This document shows, piece by piece, positions 23,657-28,144 of a DNA stretch of 28,144 nt. The first letter of the stretch is position 1, and each line of letters begins with the position of its first letter. The notes beneath the pieces were generated by a model. The model did not search any database. It worked only from the letters and a program-made list of their open reading frames with translations, and had not been told where the DNA came from. The position numbers were made by a program, and so were the translations under genes. This stretch comes from Acidobacteriota bacterium (GTDB taxonomy: Bacteria > Acidobacteriota > Terriglobia > Acidiferrales > UBA7541): positions 1 through 28,144 of the forward strand of contig JACOSF010000023.1 of assembly GCA_016179005.1 (NCBI GenBank), in the 5' to 3' direction.

Positions 23657-24637
23657 ATGAGGTATCTGTACGTCACCGGGGGAAAACAGAAGCCGCGGCT
23701 CCTGAAGTCGGAAGAAGAATGGAACCTCTACGAACGGGCGCTGATCCTTCGGCTGGACACGCAAGCGAAGACTTCAGAAGTGTGTGTTGATTACGTTTCG
23801 CCGGCGGAGGCGCAACCGGACGACGTTTCCTCCATCCTGTTCAAGGCCGGAACGCTCGAGGGCCGTCGAATGTGGGTGACCACCTCGACCGAGGTACTCA
23901 TCTACGACGTGCCGGGCTTCCAAGCGGCCGGCCGCATCTCGCTGCCGTGCTTCCACGACGTGCATCACGTGGTGCCGACGCCGGAAGGGAACCTGCTGAT
24001 CGCCAACACAGGGCTGGACATGGTGGCGGAAATCACGCCGGACGGCAAGACCCTGCGGGAGTGGGACGTGCTGGGAGAGCCGCTCTGGACGCGCTTCTCC
24101 CGCGAAACCGACTACCGTAAGGTGGCTTCGACCAAGCCGCACAAGTCGCATCCGAATTTTGTTTTCTTCCTTGGGAATGAACCATGGGTGACGCGCTTCA
24201 AGCAGAAGGACGCCCTTTGCCTGACGCAACCCGAGCGGCGCATCGCCATTGAGGTGGAAAAGCCGCACGACGGCGTGAAATTCGGCGAATGGCTCTACTT
24301 TACGACCGTGGACGGGCGGGTGGTCATCGCAAACCAAAGGAGCCTGAGCGTCGAACAGGTGGTGGACCTGAACAAAATCGACGGCGGCGAAGGGCACATC
24401 CTCGGCTGGTGCCGCGGCATCCTCGTGGTGGACGAACGGAGAGTCTGGGTGGGCTTCACGCGCATCCGGCACACGAAGTTCAAGGAAAATGTCCTCTGGG
24501 TCAAACATGCGTTCCACGAAGTGGACCGCCCGACGCACATGACCCTTTACGACCTCGTGGAGAAAAAGGCCCTGACCGAAATCAATCTCGAGGAATGCGG
24601 GGTCAACATCATTTTCGGTATTCTCCCGGCGACATGA
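23657..24637 (+). CDS. Uncharacterised beta-propeller protein with conserved-looking His motifs (DUF4915/arylsulfotransferase-like by pattern)
   Basis: GGAGG SD 8 nt upstream, repeated four-stranded blade-like segments, motifs HDVHH, HPN, PHDG and WCRGI. No signal peptide. Confidence 0.7.
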   Translation: MRYLYVTGGKQKPRLLKSEEEWNLYERALILRLDTQAKTSEVCVDYVSPAEAQPDDVSSILFKAGTLEGRRMWVTTSTEVLIYDVPGFQAAGRISLPCFHDVHHVVPTPEGNLLIANTGLDMVAEITPDGKTLREWDVLGEPLWTRFSRETDYRKVASTKPHKSHPNFVFFLGNEPWVTRFKQKDALCLTQPERRIAIEVEKPHDGVKFGEWLYFTTVDGRVVIANQRSLSVEQVVDLNKIDGGEGHILGWCRGILVVDERRVWVGFTRIRHTKFKENVLWVKHAFHEVDRPTHMTLYDLVEKKALTEINLEECGVNIIFGILPAT

Positions 24638-24671
24638 AGCATGAATTGGTGCCTGCCTGAGGTGCGAAGGT

Positions 24672-24697
24672 GCTGCGAAAGGAGCCGGCGGCGCAGC
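24672..24697. terminator. Possible hairpin between convergent genes
   Basis: GCTGCG-N14-CGCAGC in the 61 bp gap; no U-tract. Confidence 0.2.
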
Positions 24698-24698
24698 T

Positions 24699-25850
24699 TC
24701 ATGCCCGCTTCGGCGGCGTAATGAGGCGGAACCGATAGTCGCGGTACTTGCCCGGGTCGCCTTGCTGGTCGTCACAAGCAGCGAGGATAATATTCACCAT
24801 CTCCCGCGCGGTCGTGAAATGCAGGCGGCAGGCCCCATCTACCCGCGCAGCCGCGATGAGTTCCCCCAAAAATCTCTGCATCGGCGGGCCGAACATGGCC
24901 GCTTCATCGCGGGGATCCATTCCGTGACAATGCAATTTGATGAAAATCCAGTCGGGACGGCCCTGAACGCAGACCGCCGCCTGCTTCCACAAGCTCAATC
25001 GGTCGAGGCTCGCAGGGTTCTTGCCGGACAACTCCGCGTTCTCGATGCTGGGCAGCGGCAGTCCATTGCGACGCTCCCGAAAGGTCAGCATCAATGGCCC
25101 CTGCACGATTAGCGGGAAAATCTGCGGCGCATGCCCGCATCGCAAATTGCGACCTTTGCGATGCGGGGCGCGCTGCTGGAGGGGCAGGACACATTCGTAG
25201 AGCGAGTTGATCTTGGCCACCTGGGCGCGGCTGGGCGCGGAAGGCATCGTCAGATCGGCATAGCAGCCGGTTTCCGCCAGGATCTGCATCTCGTCGTCCA
25301 CTCCGCAGAATCTGCCTTGCGCGGAATTTGCCAAAGCCCAGTTGCCGTGCACGAAAGCGTACCGCGGCGGCCCGCTGCCTTGCCATCGCGAAAGACAGCC
25401 GTGCCGGACCAGCGTGTCTCTGTACTCCGAGAGCACATGCCGCGTGTTTTCGGAAGTGTCTGGAGCGGTGATCCCGTGGTGCAGGTGAATCTCCAGCTCG
25501 CCCCAGCCTGCCTGGCAGTGGGCAGCAATGCCCTCGATTAATTCCTGCTGATATTGTTCGGCCGGGTAGAAAAATGTGTGGCGGAAGGGATAGCCATCGC
25601 TGTCGCGGAATTCTGTGAGGGCTTGCGGATACTCCCGGCACCAGCGTTCCAGCCGCCGCTCCTGTTCGTGCAATGGGGCAGCCTGCCCAGGTGCCTCCGG
25701 GAGGATTCCCGGCTCGAAGTGATCCGCGAGCGCAAAGATCAGATCAACTTGACCGCGCCCCGGTCCGCGGCGTGCGAGCCGCTGCAAAACAAAAGAGGGC
25801 AGCCACCGCAGGGTGTGCCACAGCTTTGCGGACTTGCTCATCGGGGCCAT
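24699..25850 (-). CDS. Uncharacterised protein with a NodB/CE4-like (polysaccharide deacetylase) motif pattern
   Basis: DLIFALADHFEP, HTFF, ELEIHLHH, YAFVHGNWAL, YADLTMP, IKLHCHG and LHFTTAREM occur in NodB-barrel order. Start uncertain (GTG 25898, ATG 25850 or ATG 25841). Confidence 0.65.
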   Translation of the reverse strand: MAPMSKSAKLWHTLRWLPSFVLQRLARRGPGRGQVDLIFALADHFEPGILPEAPGQAAPLHEQERRLERWCREYPQALTEFRDSDGYPFRHTFFYPAEQYQQELIEGIAAHCQAGWGELEIHLHHGITAPDTSENTRHVLSEYRDTLVRHGCLSRWQGSGPPRYAFVHGNWALANSAQGRFCGVDDEMQILAETGCYADLTMPSAPSRAQVAKINSLYECVLPLQQRAPHRKGRNLRCGHAPQIFPLIVQGPLMLTFRERRNGLPLPSIENAELSGKNPASLDRLSLWKQAAVCVQGRPDWIFIKLHCHGMDPRDEAAMFGPPMQRFLGELIAAARVDGACRLHFTTAREMVNIILAACDDQQGDPGKYRDYRFRLITPPKRA

Positions 25851-25881
25851 AAACTGGAATTGAATTCGCCTTTTCGAAGTT

Positions 25882-27213
25882 TCAGGAGCTCCGCTCACGC
25901 ACTACCTGCACCAGCTTGCCTTGGGGTGTGCGGGGAATCTGCTCCACCCAGGTCCAGCGGAATGGAGTCTCGCCCAAAAAGCTCCGCAGCACGTGCTTCA
26001 GTTCCTCTTCGCGCGCCGCAGAGAAGCCCACGCCCTTCAGAAGAAGCTGCAACCCGCCGTCCTGTTTCAAAATGATCTGGAAATGGTGCACCTCGGAAAA
26101 CTCCTTAAACAGGTGGTTCCAGAAGAGGTTGCCGACCTTTTTTCCACTGGGCAACTCGAGGATCGAGCCGGTCCTGCCGTGCAAATCGCGCAGCGTGCGG
26201 ATGCCGGATTCATCCTGATCCGAGGAATCGGCCGCCGCGAGATCGCCGATTTCATACCGCAGAAACGGCGTGCCACGGCAGATGGTGCTGGAGCAAAGCA
26301 CACGTCCCGGAACGCCCGGGCTTGCGGGTTTGTTCTGGTCATCCACAATCTCCAGGAAGACCCAGGGGCGCATCACGCGCATCAGTTCGCCCTCACGGAA
26401 CTGGCAGGCGATGACGGAAAACTCCCGGCCGCCGTAGCGATTGAGAATGGTCGCGCCAAACGCCTTGCGGAAGATGTCCACCTGCGCGGGATACAGCATT
26501 TCACCGCCGTTCCACGCCGTGCATACACTGCCCAATGGCGGCGACGCTTTCATGGCCAGGGTCTCGCGGGCCACGTGCTCCAGCATGGAAGTAAAGCCGT
26601 ACATGGCCACGGGTTGGTGGCGCCGGATGAGATGCAGAACGCGCTCGGCGGTTGCGCGATCCAGGCTGTAGCCGGCAACCACGTAGTTGCGCGCGAAGCG
26701 GTTCCACTGATCGATGCGGAATGGTATGGACTTGCCGATATCCCGCTCGCCGCCCCAGACGATGACCGTGCCCATCCCCGGCTTCCAGCCCATCTGCGTG
26801 CGTGTGTAAATATTTGAACTCACGCCAGCGCGGATCATCTCCGGATCGTGGAAGAACTGCGTCGGCTCGCCAGTGGAGCCGCCGGTGGCATCGCAGCGGC
26901 CTTTCAACTTGAAGCGCGCCTGCATCTGGCGCGGCTCAAATATGGACTTGAGCATGCTCCGGGTGACCACGGGCAAAGACGCCCAGTTTCGCCAGAGCTC
27001 GTCGGGATCGCGGAGGCGCGCGGCATCACGCCATTCAGGCAAGGCGTCCGCGCGGTTTCCAAAGTACTGAAGCTGCGCCAGAAGACGTTCGGCGAGGACG
27101 CGCCGCTGGCGTTCCGGCGTCAGGGCAGGGAATTCCTCCAGCTCATTCCACGGACGGCTACTGCGAGCCAGGTAGTTACGCCACCAGAGCTTGCTCGCCA
27201 GTCGGGTGATCAT
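25882..27213 (-). CDS. Phenylacetate-CoA ligase family (PaaK/CapK-like) adenylate-forming enzyme
   Basis: ATGGSTGEP P-loop, NGGEML, NRYGGREF, PFLRYEIGD, IPRTPQGK. ATG 27213 chosen because the ORF-track extension to 27408 lies inside the DUF362 gene. Confidence 0.85.
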   Translation of the reverse strand: MITRLASKLWWRNYLARSSRPWNELEEFPALTPERQRRVLAERLLAQLQYFGNRADALPEWRDAARLRDPDELWRNWASLPVVTRSMLKSIFEPRQMQARFKLKGRCDATGGSTGEPTQFFHDPEMIRAGVSSNIYTRTQMGWKPGMGTVIVWGGERDIGKSIPFRIDQWNRFARNYVVAGYSLDRATAERVLHLIRRHQPVAMYGFTSMLEHVARETLAMKASPPLGSVCTAWNGGEMLYPAQVDIFRKAFGATILNRYGGREFSVIACQFREGELMRVMRPWVFLEIVDDQNKPASPGVPGRVLCSSTICRGTPFLRYEIGDLAAADSSDQDESGIRTLRDLHGRTGSILELPSGKKVGNLFWNHLFKEFSEVHHFQIILKQDGGLQLLLKGVGFSAAREEELKHVLRSFLGETPFRWTWVEQIPRTPQGKLVQVVRERSS

Positions 27214-28144
27214 CCTTGGTCCCCAGTTCGCAATGTCCCTGCCAGCCCCGCGGAGGGCAAAAGGCGCGCGCGTCGAATGGGAAGATCTCGTCTGCGGAGC
27301 GTTCAGCGGAATCCATGCGCACGCGGATCGCCGCGGGGGCGAAGGCCACCAGCGGGTACGGGAAACTCGCGAAGGCCTCGCGCACCAGCGGAATCCTTCG
27401 CGGATCAAGACCCATCAACCGGCAGTGGACCCATTCGGCCGCGGCCGGATTCACGGCGCCAGTCAAGAAACCCGACGGCACCGCCGTCGGCGCCATGGGT
27501 CCATCCCCCTCGCCGCCGATGATGGCGTCGGTGATGCTGATTAGCTTTCGCTGCGGCGCATCTGCGAGCGTGCCATCTGCCCGGCCGTAGACGGCAATCC
27601 GCTGCAGATCCAGGCTGGTGCGCCACACTGTGTCGTTGCCGAACCAGGAGCCTTCCAAATTGTTGTCGCTCCCCAGCAGCACGGCGCCGCGAATCAGAAT
27701 CGCCGCGGCGCGGGCTAGCGCCACCTGGAAGCGGCCGGGGCGCGCCCGGTTTGCGATGTCGAGCAAATCTTCGGCGCGACCTTTCAGCCAGGAACGGCCG
27801 GCATAACAATCACCCCCGCTGCTGCCTCCGCCTTTGCGGTGGTGCGGCAAATATTCTTTATGCCCGTTGATGCCGACAAGGTTCTTCAGGGCGCCGGTGA
27901 CGCAGGCCTTTTTGTGGGTCTTGAGTTTCGGAAGGTTGATGATCGCGTCCGATTCGAGGATTTCGCGGGCAATCAGATATTGGTGCCGCTGCGGGGCATG
28001 GGTGCGGTGCAGAAGGTCGGGGTTGTACATCGTCACGCGGAATTTTTTGGAATCCGCACGCAGCGGTTCGAGCAGGCTTTTTTCTTTCAAATCGAAGAGG
28101 ACGTACTGCTCCATGCTGCGGCACTCTTCGATTTTGCTCCGCCC
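27176..28144 (-). CDS. DUF362 domain protein, 5'-truncated by the window edge
   Basis: SDAIINLPKLKTH, GALKNLVGIN, ITDAIIGGEGDGP. The frame stays open upstream of ATG 28114 to the window end (GRSKIEECRS-MEQY). Overlaps the ligase start by 38 nt. Confidence 0.85.
   Translation of the reverse strand, partial: GRSKIEECRSMEQYVLFDLKEKSLLEPLRADSKKFRVTMYNPDLLHRTHAPQRHQYLIAREILESDAIINLPKLKTHKKACVTGALKNLVGINGHKEYLPHHRKGGGSSGGDCYAGRSWLKGRAEDLLDIANRARPGRFQVALARAAAILIRGAVLLGSDNNLEGSWFGNDTVWRTSLDLQRIAVYGRADGTLADAPQRKLISITDAIIGGEGDGPMAPTAVPSGFLTGAVNPAAAEWVHCRLMGLDPRRIPLVREAFASFPYPLVAFAPAAIRVRMDSAERSADEIFPFDARAFCPPRGWQGHCELGTKDDHPTGEQALVA

Noticed and set aside
1-28144. CRISPR arrays, tRNA/rRNA, transposases, integrases, defence or toxin genes
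   Set aside because: No regularly spaced repeats, RNA-gene signatures or recombinase/nuclease motifs were seen. Nearly all sequence is accounted for by the listed CDSs.

Overview
A 28 kb, GC-rich bacterial window holding an exosortase-associated, Wzx/Wzy-dependent exopolysaccharide (EPS) locus. Gene content and order resemble Acidobacteriota loci (inference; no marker gene is present). On the left edge an exosortase gene (minus strand) is separated by a roughly 500 bp AT-rich divergent control region from a plus-strand gene run of about 20 kb. That run encodes, in order: an NtrC-like AAA+/Fis regulator lacking both a receiver domain and the GAFTGA loop, a short OPX/Wza, an outer-membrane beta-barrel, a polysaccharide co-polymerase, an ExeA-like ATPase, a BY-kinase, a priming sugar transferase, a GT2, a Wzy/O-antigen-ligase protein, a tandem GT4-GT4 fusion, a TuaH-like GT, a Wzx flippase, a heparinase II/III-family protein and an AsnB-like amidotransferase. 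The right quarter holds poorly characterised genes: a secreted beta-helix protein, a His-motif beta-propeller, a NodB/CE4-like protein, a PaaK/CapK-like adenylating enzyme and a DUF362 protein cut by the window edge. I interpret these as a candidate glycan-tailoring module. I saw no rRNA, tRNA, CRISPR array, mobile element, nucleotide-sugar synthesis gene or PEP-CTERM substrate. All family calls come from motif recognition by eye, not from database searches.
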